Origin: Podarcis gaigeae
Taxonomy: Eukaryota
Assembly: GCA_964106915.2 (NCBI GenBank)
Contig: OZ066914.1
Direction: 5' to 3' (one strand)
DNA: 64,000 nt
The notes under the pieces are model-generated. The model was not told where the DNA came from. It did not search any database and saw only the letters and a program-made list of their open reading frames with translations. Positions 1-14,335 of the stretch are shown here, piece by piece. The translations under genes were made by a program, and so were the position numbers. Numbering within the stretch: position 1 is the first letter of the stretch; each line of letters begins with the position of its first letter.

Positions 1-3000
1 CGGCAACTCTTGGTAACCTTGAACAAATAATTAAACATCTTGGCCTATTTTCTCATCAAGAAAATGAGAGTTTAGAGAGCATTAATTAGGCAATGCTTAT
101 AAAGGGCTTTGGAAGACTCCAAAACACATGATTAAGGACTTTCTTCTGTCTAATTCATAAGAGTTGCATATAATCCTAACAAGTAACCTGCTTGTTTCGT
201 ACTAATTTTATTTTTCCTGAAACAGTCTTTAGCAAATTAATACATAAATTCCAGGCAACATGCAATTTGCTACATTTTCATCACTAATAAATACCTTTGT
301 GCTGTTTTGCATTCATTAAACAGTAATCAATTCCTGGTGACTGACTTAAGTTTCGGACTTACCCTGTGTGATAAATCAACAGCAAGGTTCATTAGCCTTT
401 ATAATTTCTCTGGGATGCATAAGTCATAAAAGTAATTAGTTCTTATCACACATGGTGATTGCATAATTTTATTAAAATGTATTTGGAAGCAGAGTAACTT
501 CAGCAACCAATTAGTAAAGTTCAAGAAGTGGCAGAGTTAAATTATTCCGTGTTTGCTTCTGCTAATGAAAGGTGGCCTGTCTGTTTCTCCTGGAAGCTAG
601 TACCCTGCCACCATGTTCAGTTTTCCCTGTGATGGATTGGGTACATGCATTACTTCTTTTCCTTAACAAAACTCCTGTTTCCTGCCATGAATGAATTGTA
701 CAGCTGTAACAGGGTGATCAATTTTCTCTCCCCTCCTAACTGGCAAATGTTCTCTCATAAGGCAGTACTGTGCTGTGCCTTGCTTTGCTTCTCTCAGTCG
801 CTTCAGTTTCTCCCCCAAAGAGGTACACAATCAAGAAACGTACTGTTGCAAAGGAATGGAGATATTGTGGCTCCAGTCCAACTTGAGTTGCAACTCAGGC
901 TACATTAGTCCACTGTTTCATAAACCAGGGGATGAAGTAGTAGATGAATGTCCAAACACAGCCTTGGTAACTAACTTTTAGTTAGTGGGATTGGATGAAT
1001 TACAGAGCCATGGATGAGTGCTGTTGCTATGTGCTCCTTCCTTGACCCTCTCCTCTTCCCTTTCACATTCTGCTTTGCACTAAGCTCCCTGTTGTATCCG
1101 AACAGGGGAACTCAAGTTTAATATTGGTTTACAAATCTGGATAATAGATCCTGGTTTATTATCCTGGTTTGTTAACCAATATTAAGAAAGAGATCATTCA
1201 GACACAATAAGGAAGTGCAGCTTAATGCAACGTAGGCTTGCCATGACAAAGGCAGTGTTACCAAAAAGGAGCAATGCAGCAGCGAACAGAAGCTTCAGCA
1301 GCTGCAGCTGGCTGGAAAGCCAAACAGGATGTTGATGTTTGTGACTGTTACCGTGGGAAAAGGGGGCAGTCCATTCACTGTACTGAGCACCGGATGTTAG
1401 CTCAGTGTGTCATCTGACCTGTACTGGAAGTACATGGGAGGAGTTATATTCTCTCTGCTGTTAATGTAAAGAGAGTGCAGACATGTTTCTCTGTACTGCT
1501 GCAAAAGACAGAAATAAAGGCATGTAAATATATTTCTGTCTGTCTCTTTCCCCTCCCTGGGGATAGCAGGGAGGAGAGGGGAGGAGTGGTGTGTTCTTCT
1601 CACGTATGAGAAGGATCGCCGATTAGAGACCTCGCCTGTTTCCTGCCGGGAGTCGCAGGGGCAGGTCAACAAGGAAATCAGCCGGTGCCTGGAGAGTGGC
1701 ACATTCCTCTGACAAGGCTTAATTCCAACAGGCAGAGCAGGAGGGTAGGAGCACACAGCTATGGTGCTTATCTTTGCCCTTATTGAACTATGAGTAATAA
1801 CTAGTAATAGTCATACTCGGAGTACACCTGCTGAAATAATAAGTCCATAGATATCAGTGAGTCTAAATATGACTTCATTGGATATCAACCCATGGTTATA
1901 AAGCCATGGACAAATGTATGAATTCAGCCTAAATATCACTGAAAACAATGGAAAAGTTTTTGTTTTAAAGTTACAAATAACTCATTTCATTGGTTTCAGT
2001 GTGGCTAATTTTAGTTTGCTTTAAAAAGGCTGGATATTTGTGGGTGAAGAGGAATAGTGAACTGTTGACTTAACCTCTATTAATTGAATAAAAATCACAG
2101 AAACCACAGTCAATTAAAGATCAAGCCAAATTATCATGTTCTTGTCTCTGGAAAAATAGGCCTTCTATCTTTTATTTCAGCTATTCTCAACCTCCCTCTG
2201 TATGCATATGCATAGACAAAATTTTTTAAACAAAATTTACTTTTTTCAAAAAGTACAGTATAGTGAACTGAAAGACCCCAACAGCATGTGTTCTTTTAAT
2301 TTCTCCACCTCATTCACTTTTCAGCACTAAGCTTTTTTTAAACAGAAACAAATAAACCCCAAAAAAAGGAAATAAACCATCAAAGGTTTTTAAAAGGGTC
2401 TTGTGAGTCGGATGAGCTGTTTCCTATGCTAGTTTTCCAGCTTAAAAACTTCTGATTATTGTAACATTCTTTAAAAATGACTAAAAACCCTCACCTGAAA
2501 ACATGGTCATGATTAAGAGAGGTAACTGGCAAGATGTTTGTTTGTTTGGACCAGGAACCTGCTATGATGCTCTAATGGCATATGAGATTACATTGTGTGT
2601 TTCAGGTGGGGCCAGCTCCCATCATGATAAATTGGGTTAGCTTAGTTTTTTGGTATAATTATTGGTACTTAATTGTAGCTGTTGTATAAATGAGAGACAT
2701 CACTTCAATCTGTTTAGGATGTTAGTGAACCAAAAAGGCCAGGACCTCAGTTGTAACTGAAATATGTTTGCTATCAGGATGATGGGAAATTATAATATGC
2801 ATCCCAGGTTATTGAGACTTCCACCCATTTCCCTCTCAAATTATTATGAATCATATGCACACCTGAACTCTGAATTACAATTAAATTTGAGTTACTGTGC
2901 TAAAGAAAAATACCACCCAGAAACCTTGGACTGAAGATCAAATCACTCCGCATAATGAGACAACTGGCTTCCTTTTATCTATTTCGCTGCTTTGCTGGAT

Positions 3001-3490
3001 AGTGGTTTTCCTCTTCCTCTGAATTGCAGATAAGCAATAATAGAATCCTTGCAGAGGCAGTATGTTTGTGGTTATCTAGGTGGATGAGAGGCAAGCAAAC
3101 TTCCTGTATTTTGAAGGACTGTGCATTTTACCCTGGTATTGTTTAACACATAAAGATATTGATAAGAAAATGCCAGTTTCATATCAGCTTGTGCGAAGGA
3201 AGGAAGACAACAGGACTAACATAGCCTAAATACAAGCGTGTCTACAGCAGGGACTGCACCTTACAAAAGGGGGCACAAAGTTACGGTAGCATTTCATCAT
3301 TTGCCATAGAATGTGTGGCACTTGGGAACTGTCTCAAGACACAATGGAGACTGCTAACTTAAAATCTCAGAAAAGGACCACAGACAATAGGTTTGCCAGA
3401 GCCTATTAGTCTTATACAGTTTACATAAATAAGTAAAGCAATTCCCAGCAAAGGCACAACAAAACAGAAAAGGTGGGGCTTACCAAAATA

Positions 3491-3716
3491 CAGTGGTACC
3501 TTGGGTTAAGTACTTAATTCATTCCGGAGGTCCGTACTTAACCTGAAACTGTTAATAACCTGAAGCACCACTTTAGCTAAAGGGGCCTCCTGCTGCCGCC
3601 GCGCCGCCGGAGCACGATTTCTGTTCTCATCCTGAAGCAAAGTTCTTAACCTGAAGCGCTATTTCTGGGTTAGCGGAGTCTGTAACCTGAAGCATATGTA
3701 ACCCGAGGTACCACTG
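3491..3716. mobile_element. Tc1/mariner (Tigger-like) MITE
   Basis: TIRs cagtggtacct(t/c)gggtta and taacccgaggtaccactg, flanked by TA. Confidence 0.88.
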
Positions 3717-5239
3717 TACAAAGGATACTTCTTGGGCTCCCCAAAAGACTGTGTTGCCTGATTTCACAGCTGTTTGTAAACTCAAAACTGTAATTAATAT
3801 TCTTGTGCTACTACATATCCATTATTGATATTATTTTGATATTGATATTCCTGTGCTACTACGTATCTATTTTGTTTTTGTTTTGGAAAGATTAATGGAG
3901 AAACCTGGAGTATAAATAAGGCGGTCAACCCCTGATTGTGCATACATTAGGTTTTTGGCCACAGGGTGTCTCATTTGTCAGATCTGTTCACACCTTTCTA
4001 TTGTAATGCTGGGAAGATCTTTTATTTTTATTTTTTTATAGAAGTGTTCTTTGATTTAAACCATCCGAACATGCAATATTAGGGCAGTGTACAATGTTAA
4101 GATATAAAACACAATACCCCCCCCCCCCACACACAAATAATCATTAAGGTGGCTGGCTATTAAAATTAAACAGCAGCCAAGGCCTATTGGCATAAAAAGG
4201 TCTTCATGAGGCACCCAGAAGATAAAAGTGAGGGTCCCTGCTGTTAGAACATTGCATACCATGGAGCTGGCGACACTAAATATATGCCTTCCAGTTGAGG
4301 CCAGGCAGGGCTGTGTAACACGGGCGGCATCTAGCACTGCTCCTCAGGGTGATGTCAGTCATTGAGCTGGGCTTTATCAATTTTGGTTACAGCAGGGCCG
4401 GGATGGGGAGCCTGTAACCCTTCAAATGTTGTTCTGCAACTCCCAGCACCCCTGATCATTGTCTGTGCTAGCTGGTCACATAGAAGTGGGAGCTCAAAAA
4501 CATCTGGAAGGATGCAGGTTCCCCGCCCTGTAGTATGTGGTGCCCTCCAGATGTTCCCATCTTCCCTGAACTTTGGACATGCTGGCTGGGGCTGATGGGA
4601 GTTGAAGCAGAACAGTATATGGAAGGCACCATTTTGTCTACTTTTGCCTTAACAGGGAAAGCAGCAGCAGCAGCGAGAGTATTCCGTGCTTCTGTTTTGG
4701 TTAATATTTTCAAGTTCTCTACTTAGCAAGGCTGATCTCTGTAGTATGAAAAGCTGGGGGCAATTAGGCATTTTGGGTAGGAAGACTTCTTAAAGTATAG
4801 CCCTGTTGCAGAAACTTTTTTTTTTTTGCTCACAGGAACATAATGCCTTATATGTAGTGCCGAATATTTTCTTCCATCTTCCCTTTCTAGTTCAGTGGGA
4901 TTCTTTTTCCAATTAAAAATATGCAGTTATGCTTTGCTGGAAGGCGCTCTGTATTCATGAATGAAGATTCCCCAAAGCTTTTGGAATATATATATATATA
5001 TGAATGAAAAGGGCATAGATGACTTGGCAGTTATCTGTTACTATCTAAGATTGCTTCCTTTTCTTGAACTTATATCATTTACCATTAAATTTATTGTATA
5101 TCCAGCAATGCAAGAGGGATTATCATTAACTGTTTGAGCATACTGTAGTTTGGGAATATTTTTAAAAACTGCAAACTGGAAGATTGAGCTCAAGTTCTCA
5201 GGATAATGTGCAGCCAAATCCTATGTGTTGTCAGTACAT

Positions 5240-5347
5240 CTGGCTGTTAACCAGAAGGTTGGTGGTTCGAGCCCACCTAGGATTCCTGCATTGCAGGGGA
5301 TGGACTAGATGACCCTTGGCTGCCCTTCCAACTCTACAGTTTGATGA
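5240..5347 (+). mobile_element. Short tRNA-head/CR1-tail SINE fragment
   Basis: B-box ggttcgagccc followed by ggactagatgaccct...cccttccaactctac, which matches the 3' end of the CR1 at 62.4 kb. Confidence 0.6.
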
Positions 5348-5539
5348 AGTAAATCCAATGGGGCTTATTTCTAGGTGGGGATGCATTATTATTTTGCGTT
5401 GTTTTATTTTATAAATTTGTACTACTTTTTACAAAGATGTCTTATACAAATATATAAAATAGAGAACAGCCAACACAAATGTTTAAAAACCAAAAACACA
5501 TAAAATAGATAAAAAGTATAGCCCTGCATCCAACATAGA

Positions 5540-5890
5540 ACTTCATAAATGTTTTGTAAATACAAGGATTTCTGCTTGGGCAGCAGAATTTGAGGAGAGA
5601 AGGCCCATCACACAAGCAGAAATGTTGGCGCTAATGGGACTCACTAGTAGAATACTGCCCATAAAACACAGAAATGCTAATTTTTTCATCCAATGCCAGC
5701 AATAACAAGGAAAATATCCTGCACACACCCCAATATATATAAAAAAACACAGAACAGGCCATAAATCACTCCACATTAAGTTCCCAAAGCCCAGGAAAAT
5801 GAGAAATTTTTTTGCCTGGCACCAAAGAGCTAAAAATGTTGTTGCCAGGCATGCTTCTTTGGGGAGAACATTCCACATTTGGATTGGGGT
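5540..5890 (-). mobile_element. L2-like LINE 3' remnant
   Basis: Minus-strand WNVLPKEACLATTFLALWCQAKKFL resembles the L2 ORF2 C-terminus (WN.LP...R.A.T...F...K..L). Confidence 0.5.
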
Positions 5891-8597
5891 GGACATCTTG
5901 GATATCCAGTAAGCTCTGCTTACTTGCTCAACATAGGTTTACTTTGAAGTCCATGATGACAGACCCATGGGAATGCTTCCAATCCTAGGGAATAATGCAG
6001 TTAAGTAGATGAGTGTGGGGTACTCTAGGATTTTCCTAAAAGCTATACAGAAAGCAGAGCATTTATCAATGCATTGCTCATTAAGCATAATGTGAATTGA
6101 TTTTAAACAATGACATACATAGCCTACTTTTGTAACAGGTCATTTAGTCAAGGCTAGGATCTGTGTCACAAACCCATTACACTCAACAGTGTGCTAGTGT
6201 CCAGTACTAATATTTTCTTAGAGTGGAGGTGAGAAAACTGTAGCCGTTCAGATGGTTGGGCTGAACATCAACCCTGAACATTGGCTGTGCTGGCTGGGGC
6301 TCATTGGGTTGGGGACACAGGTTCCCTACCTGGTCTACCACCAGTGGTTGAACCTCCATGACCTGTCAGTGGAGGGTTTAGTCCCATTGACTTTTCATAG
6401 TTTGTGAGAGTTGGACTGGGCTCTGTTTACTGGAGTTGAACTATAAAAAGTGTGGGGTTTTTTGAACCTTACATATTTGCCTGATGCACTCTGCTGAAGC
6501 TACAAATTTCAGTTGTTTGGTTGGTTTCTCAAAAATTTCTTTCAGCACTCATGCACTAGAGGGAGCTGCTATTCTACTAGTGATGGAGCTAAAATTTCAT
6601 TTTTTAAAACAGAGCACACATAAGCCTCCCCCATTTATTTATTTATTTTCCTTCTCATTTCTAAATGGGGGGTATCCTACCTGCAAACCTTCTGGTGTCC
6701 CTAGGGCTAGAAGGGACTTCTGTGGCATGTAGGAAAATCCTGTCTCTTCTCCCCACTTCCAGTTGCACTGCTCTCATGCTACCAACTCCCCTGCCCTAAG
6801 ATATTTTAAACTTTGAGGTCAGGTCATGCTATGTTGCTATTAGTGTGATGTGCAATTGCGTGTGCGTCCATACGGACATCCACATCGGGATGCACATCCA
6901 AGGGTGCATTACACTGAAAGAAGGGTAGTGCAAACTGATGCCACCCATTCAGGTTAATACATACACTCTGTGGTCCATGTGATTTAGATAGATCTGTGTT
7001 TCCTGATTCAGTGAGTGATGTGCATGCAACAACTGCTTCTGTATGCATATTTCCTTGGTTGGATTGGGCAAGGAAATGTGGGAAGGTAAGAGGAGGAGAC
7101 ATGCAACAACTAGATGATCCTCAAGAACCCTTCCATCTCGATGATTCTGTGGCATGATACAGACCTATAATGGGAGGGGTAAAGTAGCAGAAATCTGGAG
7201 GGCTGCCATCCATTAGCAAAAGTGCCTTCTGCTCACACAAGCATCTTTGGGTCCACCCAATTATTTCCAGAGAACAAGAACATTGCTTTCAACTTTTCTC
7301 TCTCTCCATTCCCCCCCCCCCCAATCAAGTAGAGCAAGGTTGGTCAACCTTCTTAGGCCAGTGGGTACATTTCAGATTTTGAGAGTGTGCCATGAGCACC
7401 AGTCACAAAATGGCTGCTAAATTCCAGATTTGTTTTCTCCCAAGAAAATTGCACTTGCCAGACGTACCCCTTTGGCATCAGACAAAGGGCAAGCTTAGGC
7501 CTGGTGTCTATCTTTGGAAGAAATAAATAACAGAATAGAAATCAAGAATTAGAATTCTTTTTTCTTCTATTAAGCTATTTCAGGTTATAACAGGTTCTAC
7601 TCTGAATTCCTGTTCAGTCTTTCTATTCTCTTGGTGTCTACTGCCCCAGCAAATTGCCTGGCTGTGTATATTATATTCACACGCTAGCAATTTGGACATA
7701 CCATACATTTCTATTATCATGAATTATCTCTTCATGATTTATCTTCTACTGTATACGTCGTCTTGTATATCTGCCATGTGTTCAGTCTGTGTCGTACACT
7801 TATTGTAGTAGGCTCTGGCCTATGAAAACTTAGACCACTATTAAATAGTTTGTTTCTCAGGGGATATGCTTTAATTGATGCATGCTAACATTGCTACCCT
7901 TATTAACTGATAGGTTGTAATACTGTTTTGACATTGAAATTAAACAGTTGCTGCAAATTCTGTTGAAATCACAGTACTTTGCCTTGCTTTCCCAGTAAAA
8001 ATGTCAAGAGATCTGATCACAGATCTCCTGTGTTGCATATTTAGTTTGACCCCTACACATACATGGATTTACCAACTGGACTTTTCTTGATCTATTACAG
8101 TGCCTGCAATTTCCCACAGAACCATGCAATCAAAAGCATTTTACGTGAATCCACCATGCTGTTCTTGTATTGATGCACAAGCGGGAGAAATTGCCCGCTG
8201 ATAGAGTATTGCCAGTGTGAATGGCATATCTACGTTGCAACTGGTTTCTGATTGAAAGGAGTTATTACATAGTGAGTGTAATGCGTATTATCTGGCCAAA
8301 GTTAGACTTTGAAGTCTCAGTGTTTTCAGTTGGAAGAGAGTTAAGCATGTCTAAACCTCCCTTTGACATCTATAGGATTCAAAGGTGCTTAACTTTGTTA
8401 AGCGTCAGTGGACATTTCTGAGTCCCTGCATCTTTATTTTCATACAGGTAGCTGCATTTTATGCAAAATAGCAGTCTTATTCCCTCTAAGTGGGTTGCTG
8501 GTTTGGGGATGCATAGGTTAGTGAAGCTGCAAACAGGACAGGATTACAGACCAGAAATACCTCCTAGATTGGCTGAAAAATATATTTTAGAAGAATG

Positions 8598-8600
<3 letters not shown>

Positions 8601-8633
<33 letters not shown>
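8601..8633. repeat. (AC)n microsatellite
   Basis: Directly visible. Confidence 0.95.
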
Positions 8634-8635
<2 letters not shown>

Positions 8636-10439
8636 GCTGAGGACTAGCCTTTCAGATGGCCACTTCACATGGCTCTCATGCTACTAAAAAGCATTGGCAG
8701 TAGCAACCTGTGAAGAAAACGGGCCGCTATAAAAAATAATAATAATCTTTTAAGTGTTTTGTAAGGAGATGGGGGGATTAATTTTTGGCTTGATTCATGA
8801 CTTGAAGGATCCAGAAAAATAACTTGGAAGGTGCCACAAATTAATCAAGGGAAGATAAGATATATCATAGGCAATTGTTTTCTGTGAAGCTTTTGAAATG
8901 TTTGTGGATTGAGGGGCAAATCAAAGGCAACTCCATGCTGTCATTTAGCCAGGGTTTTCCTTGACATTCAGATCAGGAGGATCTCAGAAAACGGGACAAC
9001 CCTGTTGCAGTGGAGAATGAAGAAAGGAGATCTATGTAGGTCTTTAACTTAGGGACTGCCTAGTGAGGGAAAAGCTGGGTGCACTTAACCCATTTTACTT
9101 TGCTCCATTTGGGAAATTGCTTTGTGTGCATGCAACCATACATTTACACTTTATTTCCTAAGAACAAACATCATTATCTTCCCAGTGATCTTTTAATATT
9201 ACTCCACAAAACCTCAAACCATTTAATTTAAGCCGCCCCATGCACCAAGAGACACAAGGGAGTCTTAGATTGTTTGGTGAAAGGCAGCCTGGAGGAATAA
9301 AGACATTTCACCTGGCGGCAGCAAAACATAAACAGGGAGGGAAGGCACACTGGGGAGCAACACTGCTTTGGCCGGATCTCCCTTCCCTGCAGAGTTTAAT
9401 CTGGAGTGCCGTGACACAGCCTTCCCCTTGATTCCTTTGAGCCTGGGGGAGGGGGTGTAAAGAGATGGAGGGAATAAGGCTCAGAGAACTGAACCTTCAA
9501 GATCCTTGAGGAATGCATGGCCTCAGGTTGTACCTCCCCCCATATCTTTTAAGTTCGAAGATGGAGAATTTCTCCTCAATATGGAAAGCTTTCTTGAAGA
9601 ACTTCTTGGAGGGACCTTATCTTTTTTTCAAGAAATCTCTCTATAAACTAATATATTCATGTGCATTATTCATATTACCGTGTCATTTTCAACTGCATCT
9701 TTCAACATGTAATTCTTTCTTCTTTTTGTCCCAAGTCCTAGACACTAAGAATAGTTGAGCCAAAGCTGTGCAAGAGTCCCCAAGCCATGTGGTTTCTAAG
9801 GCTGCAGGGAACTAAGGTCAAAACTAAAGATACCCATAAGTCTTTGCTTGCTTCACTGATAGTTATGTAATCATTATTGTATTGTCACCACCATAGGTGC
9901 TTAAAGATCCAGAAAGCAGAGAGCTTTCAGAGGGTATAAGAAGGGTATTGGTCTAAGCGTGTAGCTTTTTGGATTGGTGAGGTTTCTTTGTTTGGCCAAG
10001 CACACTGAAAGTTAGGCAGCTCCCAAGGGACTGAAGCTTTCTTGGGTTTACGTACAGTTCTCTGGAGCCACCCCCTTTCTTGGAGGGAGGTGGGGAGCTT
10101 TCTAGTGTACAGCATGCTTGGACCTGGACAAAAACAGACTTACGGTACTTTCTGAGAAGCACTTTTAATTTTTGTGTGCTTTGCTTAGCCCTCCCTCCTC
10201 ATAGGTGTGCTTGCAGATGCTCTTAGAAAGCAGCCTGAGAACGCTGCTATTTTATGTGCTTGTGCAGGATCTTGCTTCATTTTCTTAGTGAGAGAAGAGC
10301 TTAGGGAAATGATGCTTGATTTGGAACTAACCTGGGCACATTCATATTCCAGGTGAGGTGATTGTGTAGATCATGGCATCCTTTGCTGCAAGGGTGGCGA
10401 CAATGTTCGTGTATCTAGTACCCAGGAATAATCTAGGTA

Positions 10440-10815
10440 CCGTACTTTTCCGTATTTAAGACTCTGTTTTTTTCTTCAAAAATCATGCTGAAAAGTGGGA
10501 GTCGTCTTATACATGGGTAGTGACTAGGGTAGACATTTGATTGGTTGCTGCTGCAGCTGTCAACAACTATTGTGCATTTTATTGGTTGTTGTGTCAATGG
10601 GTGGTGTCAATTGAGTGACGCTCTGGCAGTTGGGCGGGCGATTGGTAGCTTCTGCCAGCGATGTGACAGATGGGAGGTGGATTTTGTGGTGTGTGCGGAT
10701 GAGCGATTTTTGGCAATTCCCCTTAGCTCAACAACTCTGTTCCATCTCCCCCCATTTTCTTAAATTTGACTCCCCAAAAATTATACACGGGTGTCTTTTA
10801 GACGGAAAAGTATGG
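10440..10815. mobile_element. Tc1/mariner non-autonomous element (ccgtattttcc-type TIR)
   Basis: TIRs ccgtacttttccgt and acggaaaagtatgg with a TA TSD. Confidence 0.8.
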
Positions 10816-13800
10816 TATATCCTTACTGTGCAAATTTCTATAAGTAAGCTGCCTGTTAATGGCTCAGGCTACAATTCTTGATAGCAATACGGGTGTGGAA
10901 GATACATGCATATACACTTTTTTTAAAAGAAAAGAAAAGAAATCGCACACTTGCCTGTTGGACTAGGCAAGCTGCTTTTCTTTTCGAATGTCTTTCCTCT
11001 TCAGCCACATAATCAGCTATGCTAAAAGCATTTGATATATCTCCGCACTATGTTATGAAAGCCCTTCCTTAATATATGGTGGCATTGTGGTTTTCAAATA
11101 AGTAGCTAACATAATCTTGGTGAAAACCAGCAAATGCATGGTGTCGTTTTACTGGCAGTCAAAGTCTGTTATCTTCAAAAATAAAAAATCCAAATTAAGA
11201 TTAATCCCAATAATTTGACCATTTACTTCCAAGATTTGCAACCACAACCTCTTCATTGAATTACAGTTTCACCAAAGATGCATGAATTTGAAATACTATT
11301 TAGAGCACATGAACCAATTGGTTTTGAAGAATTCTGTTTATTCCAACACAAATCGTCTGCTGCCTTAACTGCCTAGTATTGAAGCTGCTGAAAACCGTAA
11401 CAAACTGATGAAATTTTAATACTTTTATGACTGGCATCTTTTATACAAGCTCCTAAATCAATAATTCTTATCAACATCTCTCAACAAGCAAATTTTTAAA
11501 GGGTACTTTTCTTAATAAATGTCTTGTTCAACAACTGCCTTCTTAATTAGTTGGCTGACGCAGCAATAATTAATGCTTAACACGTTTTCCCAGCAAGTGA
11601 TTCCAGGCAGGCCTCTCAATGCTCTCCTCCTTGGGAGAATTTAGGATAAGTGCCACATGTTCGATGGCTAAGCAATTTAAAATTCCATCATCAGTCATCA
11701 TTTTGCAGGATGACTGGGTGTAATTATGCATCATGGCTGCCTGTTGATCACTGCAACTCTCAGGCTACAAATTGCTATTTTTCCAAGCAAGGTAGTTTAA
11801 CCTATTTATTCTAATAGAGACCTTCTAAAATCTATGAAAATGTGCATTTATGCAGGGGTACCTTCTTCCAAATTGAGGTGAACACTGGAAATAAACTTTA
11901 GTGTACAGTCTAATTGAAGCATTTCACCAGAAGTTGATATCATTTGTTCTTAGACCAGCAGAGAGTAGGATCAACAATCAAAGTCAATTCATCTTAAGTA
12001 AACAAGCTTATTTCCTCTTTCTTTACAGAGAACAATACTCTGCATCTCATTTCTTAGGTGCCAGTTTTTTGGTGTGTGTTTTTATGGGATTGCTTGGATC
12101 TAGGTTGGCCTTGGCAAAGTAAATTACTTTACCATTAACCTGTCGGTCACTAGACAAGAATGGTATTTTCTATGGATTGCAGCATGTCCAGACTGCTTTT
12201 TTCTCTTTTTCTTTTAAAAGCTACAGTCTTACCATTCTGTCAAGATGGGCTAACCTGTCAAAAACAGTCCCACTGTAAAGAGTGACCTGTCAAGTGTTAA
12301 GAATGGATAAACTGAAAAGAACAATATATGGCTTACTGAACAAATGCTCGAGGGGGGAAATTGGGATATAGTCTGTAGAGCCCAATGCCCTGATGCTTTG
12401 AAAATAACAGGGAAGTGCAGTATGGGCAAGAGAAAACTTAATTAACACTTGCCACTAGTAATAGAAACAAAAAGGGAAAATAGCATGTAAGAAGCAAACA
12501 CACGAACTAAGTTAACCAATGTAACAGCAGAAGGATGCATTAAATGTGCATAAGTAATTATGAATTCATGGTATCACTTGCCTGGAAAAAGAATATCAGT
12601 TTAAAAGTAAATTTGATATTTACATTTCTCTTAATCTTAAACATCTGTGCACCGTTAACGTAGAAGCTTAAGTGTTAAATTTCGCAGAGTAATTCAAGTT
12701 ACTAGATCAGTTGTATGAGTGTTTTAGAGCATCATTTAACTTTCTCTGTTAGTTCCCCACCCGTGTGGTGGGCGATGGAGAGATTGTGACTACAATCTAC
12801 AATGGTGCATGGAATCTGCAATAGGTTCTCTGGGGTTATTGTTGTTGTTTTATATAGAATTTCCTTAATTGAAAGCTTTTCTAAGTGAAACTTAGAAACT
12901 TTAAAAAGTGAAACAGCATATGTGTACAAGACCCAGTGCTTTTATTTTATGTGAGCTTGAAAAGCAGCTTGCATTGGCGGGGGGGGGGGGGGGGAGTGGG
13001 AGCTGTTGAGAAGAGAATGCTCTAAGAAATATAGGGTTGTGTACTTACACTGTGTGAGTGCTGCTCCGGGTCCCATTAAACTTTATTTAGAAATGTCAAG
13101 GTTTACATATGGTCACTGCTCTCATTAAAATGTTAATGCTGCTTAACTGCTCAAATAAAGTATGTCTTAAGTACACAGTGCTGGTGAGAACATTTTTGAA
13201 CCGTCTGTTGTTGTTTTTTAATAGGACTCCTGAATTATTCAGTGAGCTCACAGGTACATGGCACAGTTATTCTCAAATTGTGTTTACCCAGTAGCTTAAA
13301 TGCCACCCACTGTGACGTTTGTTAGCACACCCGTCTGAGGGCCCTGCACAATGCAGAGGGGATGGTGATCTCTAACAAAGGGTGTGTTCACACCTCTCTG
13401 ACAGCAGAAACTGAGCAGTAATTTAGGCTGTGTTTATATTACCAATTAGTCTGCATCCAGTTGTCTTCCATTGCTGGTTTTTGAAGCTTCATGCATATGA
13501 CATTAGCAACAATCAATATCGATTCTGCAGTTCCTTGAGAAATACAGTTGTTTGATGTGTTTTTCCTCAAACCAGCTTCAGTTCAGCTGGGAAACTTGAG
13601 CCACATTCACTTCCCAGTTAAGCCAGGTGCGTACATTTGAGAGCGCCAATGCACATGCATGGAGGAACACACCTGTGCAGATGACAGCTTCATAAATAGG
13701 AGCTCCAGAGGGGTTGCAGGTTTGGGAAAACTGAACAGGTAGCAAAGGTGAAGACATCCCCAACCCCTCACTGTGTATGGCAAGGTGCAAATGTGAATTG

Positions 13801-13861
13801 AAATGCAGAGGGGGGTAGGCAGAGGGAATGGCTTCACTACATTTTAAGTGGCTAATGTGTA

Positions 13862-14335
13862 TCTTATTTTTCCATGCATTAGACAAGATTTTTTGACTCA
13901 AAAAATGGGGTCGTCCAGTACACAGATAGTGGCATGGGGAAGAGAAGCTGTGTGCTGCCAGCCAGCCGGTTGGCAGAAGTGCACATTCCTCCTATGCCAC
14001 TGTGCAGGGGAAACACCCCCTGGATCATTTCCTGTGCGCAGCAGCATCAGGGGAAGTTGCGCTCCCGCCAACCGGCAGGCGGGTGGGAGCGCAACTCCCC
14101 CTGATGCCACTGTGCACAGGAAACACTGCTGCCAACCGGCTGGCGGCCAGGAGCGCAACTTCCCCTGATGCCACTGTGCGCGGGAAAAGATTTAGGGAGC
14201 CTTTCCTGCCTGCAGCTGCGTGGGGGGAGAAGCTCAACAACTTTGGGCCATTTCCCCTCATTTTCTTAAAATTCAGTCCCCCAAAATAGAGGGGGGTATT
14301 ATACATGGGGGCGTCTTATAGACGGAAAAATATGG
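13862..14335. mobile_element. Related Tc1/mariner non-autonomous element with internal GC-rich direct and inverted repeats
   Basis: The right end gtcttatagacggaaaaatatgg is shared with the 10440 element, and the left TIR is degenerate. The internal unit cccctgatgccactgtgc occurs about 3 times direct and once inverted. Confidence 0.7.

Noticed and set aside
13848-14306. Cluster of overlapping ORFs on both strands
   Set aside because: A by-product of the GC-rich, stop-poor internal repeats of a MITE.
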